A stretch of DNA of 52,486 bases. It comes from Methanobacteriota archaeon. GTDB lineage: Archaea > Hydrothermarchaeota > Hydrothermarchaeia > Hydrothermarchaeales > JACRDW01. Shown one piece after another: positions 26,510 to 34,505 of the stretch. The position numbers and the translations under genes were made by a program. Where the stretch lies: assembly GCA_043820925.1 (NCBI GenBank), contig JBDRDL010000057.1, forward strand, positions 1 to 52,486. Direction: 5' to 3'. Numbering within the stretch: the first letter of the stretch is position 1; every line of letters starts with the position of its first letter. The notes under the pieces are model-generated. The model worked only from the letters and a program-made list of their open reading frames with translations, ran no database searches and was not told where the DNA came from.

Positions 26510-27291
26510 AAATAGTGGGTCTTAGAGTAGATATAGACGCTGTAAGGGATGCAGAAGCTCTGCCTGCGCTTCTGGAGCTTCTAAAAAAATATGAAGTGAA
26601 GGCAACGTTTTTTGCTGCCACCGGTTATGACAGGGCGGGCATGAATATAATAAAATATATAGACAAGCCGAGAAAGCTCATCGAAAAAATGCCTCTGAAG
26701 CGCTATGGATTAAAAAATCTGCTTCTAAGCGTCGTGCATCCTGCGCAACTTCAGGAGCACCCGAACCTAAAGAGGATAATAGAAGATGAACATGAGTTAG
26801 GTTTGCATGGCTACGAGCACCATGAATGGGCAAACAATCTGAATAAGTCAAGCCGGAGTGAAATAAGGAAAAAAATAGAGACTGGCTGCAAGCTTTTCAG
26901 AGAAGCTTTTAAATCAAAGCCTACTTCCTTTGCCTCTCCTGGATTCAAAGCAACTGCCAACTTCCTGCTTGCTATCGAGGGCTTTAAATTCAAATATTCA
27001 AGTGATCTCCTGTGCGGTGATTTCCTGTGCGGTGACTCTGTATTCGAAAAACCTTTTTATCCAGTAGTCAGCGGAAGAGAACTGAGCACTCTACAAGTGC
27101 CTGTAACGCTGGATTTTGAGGATGTACAATTTATAGACCTATTCAGGAAAAAGCTGAACGATGAGAACCTGCTCACCTTCTACCTGCATCCACATGCAAC
27201 ACTGTTCAAAAATAAAATTTTTGAGCAGGTGCTGGAAACTTATGGCACTAAATTTAGAACGTTTGCAGAGGTGGCAGAGGAATGGGAATGA
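26506..27291 (+). CDS. polysaccharide deacetylase family protein
   Basis: From the ATG at 26506 (ATGA overlap with the CPBP stop) the translation is GLRVDIDAV..ATFF..HGYEHHEW. The longer ORF-track version is an out-of-context 5' extension across the CPBP gene. Confidence 0.7.
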   Translation: MKIVGLRVDIDAVRDAEALPALLELLKKYEVKATFFAATGYDRAGMNIIKYIDKPRKLIEKMPLKRYGLKNLLLSVVHPAQLQEHPNLKRIIEDEHELGLHGYEHHEWANNLNKSSRSEIRKKIETGCKLFREAFKSKPTSFASPGFKATANFLLAIEGFKFKYSSDLLCGDFLCGDSVFEKPFYPVVSGRELSTLQVPVTLDFEDVQFIDLFRKKLNDENLLTFYLHPHATLFKNKIFEQVLETYGTKFRTFAEVAEEWE

Positions 27292-28445
27292 AGATACTGC
27301 ACATTTATGAGCTGGGTCCTCTCAGCAAGGAGAATATTTTTGGCGGCATCGAAGTCGCTATTTTGGAGCTCTGCAGGCAGCTTGCTAAGAAGCATGAAGT
27401 AGCGGTGCTAACTGGAGCTGGAAAAAATGGGAAAGAAAAGGAATACTATATCGATGGAGTGAAAATAATTCCAACAGACTTTGCAGGTATAATGCGGGCT
27501 ACCTGGAGCCCAACGAACCTGAGACTGCTGAGACAGGCCGCTTTTCCGCTGGCTTTGAAAAATCTGCCCTGCAAACTGGACTACGACGTTTATCACGGGC
27601 ACATCTACACCTCTGGCTTGATAGCGAATTACCTAGCCAGGAGAAACGGCGCAGCAGCAGTAAATACGATACACGGCTCGTATTACCCGATCTGGGATAT
27701 TTTAGAGAATCCGCTCAAAGCAGGTCTTTTTAGATCTGCGGAAAGATTTCTAGCGCCTTTGCTTGCGAGATTGTCGCACCTGCAAATTCACACATGCAGC
27801 TATTTTGCGGAGCAAGTGCTGAAGTGGGGTGCTCCAAAGGATAAAGTAAAAGTCATTTACAACGGAGTCGACGTGGAATTATTTCGCCCGAGAGCTAGAG
27901 CTGTAAACCCTGCCCCAGTAATATTCACAGCAAGAAGACTTGTTAAAAAGAACGGAGTTGAGTACCTTATAAGAGCCTTGCATCTAGTTCTCAAGGAAAA
28001 AAAATGCATGCTATACATCGCTGGCGATGGACCAGAAAAACCGAAACTTGAGTCTCTTGCAAGTAGCCTGGGAATAGCCGAGTATGTAAGATTTCTGGGT
28101 TTTGTAAAGCATAGCGAAATTCCCTCTTACCTATCACTTGCAGATTTAGCAGTTATTCCAAGTATAGTAGAGTCAACCAGCCTTTTCATGCTTGAAGCTA
28201 TGGCGTGCGGAAAACCTGTAATTGCAACAAAAAATGGGGGTATGGGAGAGATAATCAGCTCAGATAACGGAATGCTGATTGAACCTGCGAATGAAAAGGA
28301 GCTCGCAGAAAAAATACTTCTGCTCCTGCAAAGTGAAGAACTTCGCTCAGAAATTGGAAAAAAAGCATATGAAACTGCGAGAAAACTCAGCTGGAAGGAG
28401 ATAGCGAGAGAAACTGAAATGACTTATTACTATGTGGTCAAGTAA
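27282..28445 (+). CDS. glycosyltransferase family 4 (GT-B, GT1/GT4-type)
   Basis: 387 aa with FGGIEV and the C-terminal ESTSLFMLEAMACGKPVIAT (E-x7-E type) motif. Confidence 0.85.
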   Translation: MGMKILHIYELGPLSKENIFGGIEVAILELCRQLAKKHEVAVLTGAGKNGKEKEYYIDGVKIIPTDFAGIMRATWSPTNLRLLRQAAFPLALKNLPCKLDYDVYHGHIYTSGLIANYLARRNGAAAVNTIHGSYYPIWDILENPLKAGLFRSAERFLAPLLARLSHLQIHTCSYFAEQVLKWGAPKDKVKVIYNGVDVELFRPRARAVNPAPVIFTARRLVKKNGVEYLIRALHLVLKEKKCMLYIAGDGPEKPKLESLASSLGIAEYVRFLGFVKHSEIPSYLSLADLAVIPSIVESTSLFMLEAMACGKPVIATKNGGMGEIISSDNGMLIEPANEKELAEKILLLLQSEELRSEIGKKAYETARKLSWKEIARETEMTYYYVVK

Positions 28446-28553
28446 ATAGCAGACATTTGTTAGAGCTAGAAAAAAGCAAAGTTGTCTAAGTTTTGTGTGA
28501 ATTTGTAGACCATATTTTGAAGACATATTAGGCGTATTTTGTGAACGAGTAGA

Positions 28554-29240
28554 ATGTCAAGACCAGATAAAAACCTAGCAAAAATAGCAATTGCTTTACC
28601 GGTCATTTTAATACTTGTTCTATTTTCCCTCAGTCTGCACTCTCTATCCAGTCCTGTCGTGCTGAGCATCTTTCCACAAGTGCCCAAGGAGGGCATGCCG
28701 ATAACCTTATCCTTCTCTTTAACGAACTATCACCTCTTCGAAAAGGACTACAACTACGAGTTTTATGCCAATGGCAGGCGAGTATTAGAAGGGAGTACGA
28801 CTGTGCGTCCGCTTTCATCTAGGGAGTATCGCTATGTGTATAAAAATCCATTGAAGCTTGGGGAGAGAGTTAACTTCGTGGTTACGGTAAGCACGCAGAA
28901 CGAGGTCTATGAGCAATCGCTCTCTATACCTGCCTATCCGCCCCAGGTCTGGTGTTCCTTTGTATCCTTTGCAACTTTTTCCACGTCTATGGGCACGTCC
29001 CTAACCTCAATGCCCTACTATCAAGATTCCTTCGGCTTAAACCAGGCTTTTAATGTAGGGGTCATATTTTCGGTAATCCTTATTATGATATTAATCCAGG
29101 TGGAGCTTACCGAGCCTTTTACCAAAACTATGAACATGCTCGGAAGGCTGAGGTCGAGGTTTAACAGACTCTCTGCAGTATTATTCATAATTTTTATAGC
29201 AATGATATTTACGCAAATAGTGCTCATAATAGGAGGATAA
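28554..29240 (+). CDS. membrane protein with extracytoplasmic Ig-like segment, unknown function
   Basis: 228 aa with an N-terminal TM, a beta-rich middle section and three C-terminal TM segments. No family recognised. Confidence 0.5.
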   Translation: MSRPDKNLAKIAIALPVILILVLFSLSLHSLSSPVVLSIFPQVPKEGMPITLSFSLTNYHLFEKDYNYEFYANGRRVLEGSTTVRPLSSREYRYVYKNPLKLGERVNFVVTVSTQNEVYEQSLSIPAYPPQVWCSFVSFATFSTSMGTSLTSMPYYQDSFGLNQAFNVGVIFSVILIMILIQVELTEPFTKTMNMLGRLRSRFNRLSAVLFIIFIAMIFTQIVLIIGG

Positions 29241-29242
29241 CA

Positions 29243-29776
29243 TTGCAAAAATTGTATCTCATAACAATAGCTCTTCTGCTCAGCTTTAGTGTTCCTCCAG
29301 CTTTTGCAGATAATGCTTCGTCAGACCTGAAGGTCAAACTGAAATTCGAGCCCCCTCATGATATTGACTGTTATGATAATGTAACGCTGGAAATGGAAAT
29401 AAAAAACAAAAATAAAGATTACCCTGCAACAAACGTTTTCCCCAGAATAACTCTGAGTGCCGACCCGGAGGCAGGATACGTCCTGATAAGTGGTCCGAAT
29501 CCAGCGCCGCCAATAAACATCAGCGCCAAGGGAACAGGGAATTACAGCTGGACTTACCAGGTATGGTACTACGGCGATAAAGGTAGAGGGAAATTTGAGG
29601 CTTCGGGCTATGCGTATGGCGAGATTAACGGCATACCACAGACGAGCGAGACAAAGAAGGCTGTGCTAAGAATTAAAAGATGTGTTGTACCAGAATTCTC
29701 CTTTGGGTCGGGCATATCTCTCCTATTTGCTGGACTAGTTTATTTCGCTGCGAGGCAAAAAGGTCGATATCGGTGA
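29243..29776 (+). CDS. secreted PEF-CTERM sorting-domain protein
   Basis: It has a signal peptide (TTG start, MQKLYLITIALLLSFSVPPAFA). The C-terminus VPEF-SFGSGISLLFAGLVYFAA-RQKGRYR gives PEF, a TM helix and a basic tail. Confidence 0.6.
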   Translation: MQKLYLITIALLLSFSVPPAFADNASSDLKVKLKFEPPHDIDCYDNVTLEMEIKNKNKDYPATNVFPRITLSADPEAGYVLISGPNPAPPINISAKGTGNYSWTYQVWYYGDKGRGKFEASGYAYGEINGIPQTSETKKAVLRIKRCVVPEFSFGSGISLLFAGLVYFAARQKGRYR

Positions 29777-30168
29777 AAGATACAAATAAGATTTTAATTT
29801 CGCTGTACATAGCAGCCGGGATTCTTTTCTTTTATATAATTTTATCAATTTCTCAGTTTGCCTCTTCCTCGGAGATGCCGGTAATGGACCAGGAGCAAAA
29901 TATAGTTGAGCTTGGAAATTACACTGTGGTTCAGTTCAAGGTCATTAATCAAGCAAATCAAGAAAAAAATTATACTTTTAAGATATTGGAGAATGAGCTC
30001 GAAGTTTACGGTGAAGAGATTTCGGTGGAAGGGGAGGGCGGCTGGTTCCAGCACGTGCGGTACTACTCACGAGGAGCCGGAAAGGTAAACGTCACTATAC
30101 TTATCCGCATGGAAAATAAGTCCTCTCCTTCAACGACTACTTATTATTTGTTTGCAGATAAATTGTAG
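29773..30168 (+). CDS. small N-terminally anchored extracytoplasmic protein
   Basis: A GTG at 29773 overlaps the previous stop (GTGA). The translation is VKDTNKILISLYIAAGILFFYIILSI followed by a beta-rich domain. The longer track ORF start lies inside the PEF-CTERM gene. Confidence 0.45.
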   Translation: MKDTNKILISLYIAAGILFFYIILSISQFASSSEMPVMDQEQNIVELGNYTVVQFKVINQANQEKNYTFKILENELEVYGEEISVEGEGGWFQHVRYYSRGAGKVNVTILIRMENKSSPSTTTYYLFADKL

Positions 30169-30178
30169 GTCTGCGTTT

Positions 30179-30619
30179 TCATATCACAAAATTAACGTTT
30201 TCCTTCGTGCAGCCAAAAACTATACTCGTTCTGATTTCGTTGATTCCCTTAATTCTGGTCATGTTTTTCTCCACAATCTCTTTCAGGCTTGCCATGTCCC
30301 TGGTTCGAATCTTGGCTACTACATCATAATCTCCAATAGTAGTATAGACTTCGGTTACATCTTCTATTTTGCTCAGCTGCCCTGCGATTTCAGCTGCCCT
30401 GCCTACTTCGCAGGTTATTGCAACTATTGCCGTGGTTTCTTTTCCGTACTCCTTCTGGTTCATGGTAATCGTGAATGCCCTGATAACTTTATCCGCAAGT
30501 TTCCTGATTCTTTTGTGCACTGCTACATCGCTTATTCTTGCATATCTGGATATTTCTTTATACGGCGTCCTGGAATTTTTTTGGAGCACTTCTAAAATTT
30601 TTTTGTCTCTCTCATCCAT
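30179..30619 (-). CDS. Lrp/AsnC-family transcriptional regulator
   Basis: From the ATG at 30619 the translation is MDERDKKILEVLQKNSRTPYKEISRYARISDVAVHKRIRKL plus a C-terminal RAM/AsnC_trans_reg domain. The 33 upstream codons in the ORF track belong to the conserved leader element. Confidence 0.85.
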   Translation of the reverse strand: MDERDKKILEVLQKNSRTPYKEISRYARISDVAVHKRIRKLADKVIRAFTITMNQKEYGKETTAIVAITCEVGRAAEIAGQLSKIEDVTEVYTTIGDYDVVAKIRTRDMASLKEIVEKNMTRIKGINEIRTSIVFGCTKENVNFVI

Positions 30620-30760
30620 TTCAATCCACTCCTCGAAACTCGTTGCACTCGTTTCTCGTCGTGTCTTGACCCATGACGCCACTTGCTCACGCAAGTGGGT
30701 GTCGGCACAAGTAGGCATTCGTTCTGCTGATATGGGAAGCTTGCCTACGAAGTGCTGACA
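30620..30760 (-). promoter_or_regulatory. structured leader RNA element, copy B (5' UTR of the Lrp gene)
   Basis: It is homologous to 8284-8404 over its whole length and carries an extra hairpin CCACTTGC-GTGA-GCAAGTGG. It ends in GAGGAGTGGATTGAA-ATG. Confidence 0.6.
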
Positions 30761-30914
30761 AGTGCTGAGTTAAGGGTTCTAACTGCTGCAAAGGTATCGT
30801 TTTTCTATGGTTAAAAATTTGGTTTAGTATCTTATATATTTTTCGGTATACTGGTTAATAAAATCTTTTAGAAAACTTTATATATGCAAGAATATATTAT
30901 CAAATTAACTAATT

Positions 30915-30966
30915 ATTCCAAATTTGTTTGGAAATCAAAAGAAGAACTCTTCCAAAAAATTTGGAA
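30915..30966 (+). promoter_or_regulatory. two copies of the palindrome TTCCAAA-N3/4-TTTGGAA(AT) in the nrdD leader
   Basis: The copies lie at 30915-30935 and 30950-30966, about 35 nt apart centre to centre. They sit between a TATA-like TTTATATAT (30877-30885) and the GGAGGG Shine-Dalgarno/ATG at 30981. Confidence 0.5.
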
Positions 30967-30980
30967 ATAGGAGGGTAAAA

Positions 30981-33194
30981 ATGACCGAAGAAAATCTTGA
31001 ACGTCGAAGCACGCTTTCCAAGATTCGAAAGAGAGACGGCAGGATAGCCGAGTTCGACCAGAAGAAAATTACGAATGCAATATACAGGGCATTGCTTGCA
31101 ACGCAGGATGTGGAGCACCAGAAATCGCAGGCTACCTTAACTGGTGTGCCCTACCCAAAAGAGGTTTCGCTCAGCAAACTCGCAAAAGAATTGTCTGGCA
31201 AGGTTGTAGCTGTACTGGAGTACCAGTTCGACAGCAAGAGCGTTCCGACTGTTGAAGAAGTTCAGGATGTCGTTGAAAGAGTTCTAATAAAGAACGATTT
31301 GGCTGAAACCGCAAAAGCTTACATCCTTTACAGACACCAGCGCAAGAAAATCAGAGAAATAAAATCCACTTTCGTTGATGTTCAAAATACAATGAGCGAG
31401 TACTTGAACCAGACTGACTGGAGAGTCAGAGAAAACAGCAACGAGGATTACTCCTTCTCAGGATTGATGCTGCACGTCTCTGGAAAAGTCATTGCAAATT
31501 ATGTGCTGAACGAGATTTACACGCCTGCTATCGCAGAGGCTCACAAAAAAGGATACATACATCTACATGATTTGGGGCACGGCGTCGTGGGCTACTGCGC
31601 AGGCTGGTCTCTGAAAAACTTGCTTGTTAGAGGCTTCGGGAACGTTCCAAATAAAGTGGATACAAAGCCTGCGAAGCATCTCGACGTGGTAATCTCGCAG
31701 ATGGTGAACTACATGGGCTGCTTGCAAATGGAGTTTGCAGGTGCGCAGGCTTTCTCTTCAGTAGATACCCTGCTTGCACCCTTCGTAAAGGCTGACAGTC
31801 TAACTTACAGGCAGGTGAAGCAGAACTTACAGCGCCTGGTCTTTTCTCTGAACATTCCTTCGAGGTGGGGCTGCCAGATGCCCTTCACAAATTTAACTTT
31901 CGACTGGACAGTGCCCGAGGACATGAAGAACGAGAGAGCAATCGTAGGCGGCATGGAGCAAAATTTTACTTACGGCGACTGCCAGGCTGAGATGGACATG
32001 ATAAACAAGGCATTCCTGGAAATTATGAGAGACGGCGATGCAAATGGCAGGATATTTACCTTTCCGATACCCACTTACAATCTGACCAAGGATTTCGACT
32101 GGGACAGCGAAAATGCAAACCTGCTTTTCGAAGTTACCGCAAAGTACGGCACGCCCTACTTCCAGAACTACATAGGAAGCGAGTTAGACCCGAAGAGCAT
32201 CAGGGCGATGTGCTGCAGGTTAAACTTAAATCTGAACGAGCTCGTAAGGAGACCAGGTCACGTTTTTGCAGCAGGAGACAGCACGGGCAGCATAGGCGTG
32301 GTAACCATCAACATGAACAGGCTCGGCTATGAATCCAAAACGAAAGAAGAGTTCTTCGAAAGATTACAGCGCTACATGATTCTGGCAGAGGATTCTCTTG
32401 AGATAAAAAGGAAGGTCATAGAGAAGAACCTGCAGAACGGCTTAATGCCCTACACGAAGTCTTACCTGGGAACTTTCAGAAATCACTTCTCCACGATTGG
32501 TCTCTGCGGAATGAACGAGGCATGCCTGAATTTCTTGGGAAAGAGTATTGCAGCGCAGGAAGGAAAAGCATTTGTAATTGAAACGCTGCTTTTCATGAGA
32601 GACCTCATAAGAGAATTCCAGAGAGAAACTGGCAACCTGTACAATCTAGAAGCAACGCCCGCAGAATCTACTGCGTACAGATTCGGAAAGTTAGACAAGG
32701 AACTCTACCCTGATATAATAACTGCGGGCGGGGATACCCCCTACCTGACAAACTCGACACACCTGCCCGTCAATTATACTGACGATGCAATAGAAGCAAT
32801 AGAACACCAGAACGATGTACAGCCCCTTTATACCGGAGGAACAATCTTCCATACCTTCATGGGTGAAAGAATGAGCGGCGCAGAGAGCTGTAGGACTTTG
32901 GTTAAGAGAATAGCGCACAACACCAAGATACCATACTTTACGATAACCCCTACTTTTAGCGTGTGCAGAACTCACGGCTACATAAAAGGCGAACAGCTGC
33001 GCTGCCCTGAATGCGGCTCTGAAACAGAGATTTACTCCAGAATTGTAGGATACTTCAGACCTGTGAAAAACTGGAACAGGGGCAAAAAGGAAGAGTTCAG
33101 AGAAAGGTTGGAATACGAAGAATCCAAGACTCTGAGCCACAGCCTCGAGAGGGAAATTATTGCGGAGCACAAGTTAGTGAGCGTTGCTACTTAA
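30981..33194 (+). CDS. nrdD: anaerobic ribonucleoside-triphosphate reductase (class III)
   Basis: It has an ATP-cone (KIRKRDGRIAEFDQKKI), the thiyl-Cys finger loop SIRAMCCRLNL, a C-terminal Zn ribbon (CRTHG..CPECG) and the glycyl radical motif SRIVGYFRP. The start at 30981 has a GGAGGG SD. Confidence 0.9.
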   Translation: MTEENLERRSTLSKIRKRDGRIAEFDQKKITNAIYRALLATQDVEHQKSQATLTGVPYPKEVSLSKLAKELSGKVVAVLEYQFDSKSVPTVEEVQDVVERVLIKNDLAETAKAYILYRHQRKKIREIKSTFVDVQNTMSEYLNQTDWRVRENSNEDYSFSGLMLHVSGKVIANYVLNEIYTPAIAEAHKKGYIHLHDLGHGVVGYCAGWSLKNLLVRGFGNVPNKVDTKPAKHLDVVISQMVNYMGCLQMEFAGAQAFSSVDTLLAPFVKADSLTYRQVKQNLQRLVFSLNIPSRWGCQMPFTNLTFDWTVPEDMKNERAIVGGMEQNFTYGDCQAEMDMINKAFLEIMRDGDANGRIFTFPIPTYNLTKDFDWDSENANLLFEVTAKYGTPYFQNYIGSELDPKSIRAMCCRLNLNLNELVRRPGHVFAAGDSTGSIGVVTINMNRLGYESKTKEEFFERLQRYMILAEDSLEIKRKVIEKNLQNGLMPYTKSYLGTFRNHFSTIGLCGMNEACLNFLGKSIAAQEGKAFVIETLLFMRDLIREFQRETGNLYNLEATPAESTAYRFGKLDKELYPDIITAGGDTPYLTNSTHLPVNYTDDAIEAIEHQNDVQPLYTGGTIFHTFMGERMSGAESCRTLVKRIAHNTKIPYFTITPTFSVCRTHGYIKGEQLRCPECGSETEIYSRIVGYFRPVKNWNRGKKEEFRERLEYEESKTLSHSLEREIIAEHKLVSVAT

Positions 33195-33891
33195 TATGCT
33201 AATAAAAGGCTTAGTTAAGACTACATTAATAGACTATCCCGGAAAAGTTGCATGTACTGTTTTTCTCGCCAAGTGCAACTTCCGCTGCCCCTACTGCCAG
33301 AATCCTGATTTAGTCGTTGGCTACGGGGAGCTTCCTACGATTTCTGAAGAGGAAATCTTCGGGCATTTAAAATCCAGGAAAAAGTGGCTCGACGGAGTAT
33401 GCGTTTCTGGAGGCGAGCCGACGCTGAACAGCGACCTGCCTGAATTCTTGCGGAAGATAAAGAGCATGGGCTTTTTAATCAAGCTCGACACAAACGGAAC
33501 AAATCCAGAAATGCTGAAAAAGCTGCTGGATGAGAAACTGATAGACTATGCTGCGATGGACATTAAAGCTCCGCTGGAGAGATATGAAGAAGTAGTAAGA
33601 GTAAGAGTAGACCTGGAGAAAATCAAGCAAAGTGTGGAAATTATTCGAAACAGCGGTGTTGACTACGAATTTCGCACAACCGTTGTTCCTGGCTTGTTGA
33701 ACAGCGGGGATATTGAAAAAATTTGCAGCTGGCTGCGAGGCTCCAAGCGCTACTACCTGCAGCAGTTCAGGTCAGATATAACTCTGGACGCTTCGTTCAG
33801 AAAAGTTGCGCCGTACAAACCCGAGGAAATGCTTAAGTGCTACGAAGTAGCAAAGAATAATTTTGAGGTATGCGAGGTGAGGGGGATATGA
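33184..33891 (+). CDS. nrdG: anaerobic RNR activating radical SAM protein
   Basis: It has the CNFRCPYCQN cluster motif and GGEPTL. It overlaps the nrdD 3' end by 11 nt. Confidence 0.85.
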   Translation: MLLNMLIKGLVKTTLIDYPGKVACTVFLAKCNFRCPYCQNPDLVVGYGELPTISEEEIFGHLKSRKKWLDGVCVSGGEPTLNSDLPEFLRKIKSMGFLIKLDTNGTNPEMLKKLLDEKLIDYAAMDIKAPLERYEEVVRVRVDLEKIKQSVEIIRNSGVDYEFRTTVVPGLLNSGDIEKICSWLRGSKRYYLQQFRSDITLDASFRKVAPYKPEEMLKCYEVAKNNFEVCEVRGI

Positions 33892-33934
33892 CACAGTTGT
33901 TATATTCAATTCCGCCGCCTTGTATAGTAAAAAT

Positions 33935-34426
33935 ATGATTATCCAACTAATTTCAATTTTTATCGGTCTTGTAATCTTGGGATTCTTCTTAAATTGGCTT
34001 GACTATAGATTTATGAAAAACATATATTTAAACTCTAAGAGATTTGACCTAAATATTTGTTGTGGTAATACGGCGTGTGAGGGAATTAATGCTGACATTG
34101 TCGAAAGAGATGTCCCACGTTTTGTGTTAATTAGAAATATATACAAACTACCATTTAAGAATAAAAAATTTAAAAATACAATATGTTCTCACGCAATGGA
34201 ACATGTCGAAGATCCCGTAAAATTCTTTAGAGAACTTAAAAGAGTAAGTAAGAATGTGACTGTTTTGGTGCCTCCTCTATGGGATTTTGGTTGTATGATC
34301 AATATTTTGGAACATAGACGACAATTTTTAACATTTGCATCCAAACATAAAAATAAGTTACCAAAATTTTTTAACTTACCCTTTAGTAAAACTATTCAAG
34401 ATAGATTTGGACAGAAAATCTTATAA
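33935..34426 (+). CDS. class I SAM-dependent methyltransferase-like protein with N-terminal TM helix
   Basis: The gene is AT-rich. The translation MIIQLISIFIGLVILGFFL is followed by a Methyltransf_11-like core (DLNICCG, LPFKNKKFKNTICSHAMEHVEDP, RVSKNVTVLVP). The track ORF starts at a TTG at 33920. Confidence 0.55.
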   Translation: MIIQLISIFIGLVILGFFLNWLDYRFMKNIYLNSKRFDLNICCGNTACEGINADIVERDVPRFVLIRNIYKLPFKNKKFKNTICSHAMEHVEDPVKFFRELKRVSKNVTVLVPPLWDFGCMINILEHRRQFLTFASKHKNKLPKFFNLPFSKTIQDRFGQKIL

Positions 34427-34505
34427 AATAATTAATTCATCAACAATAAGCTAAGAGGACCAATAGCCCAAAAATAATTATACTTTATTAACCGAGTAAA
34501 TAAGT

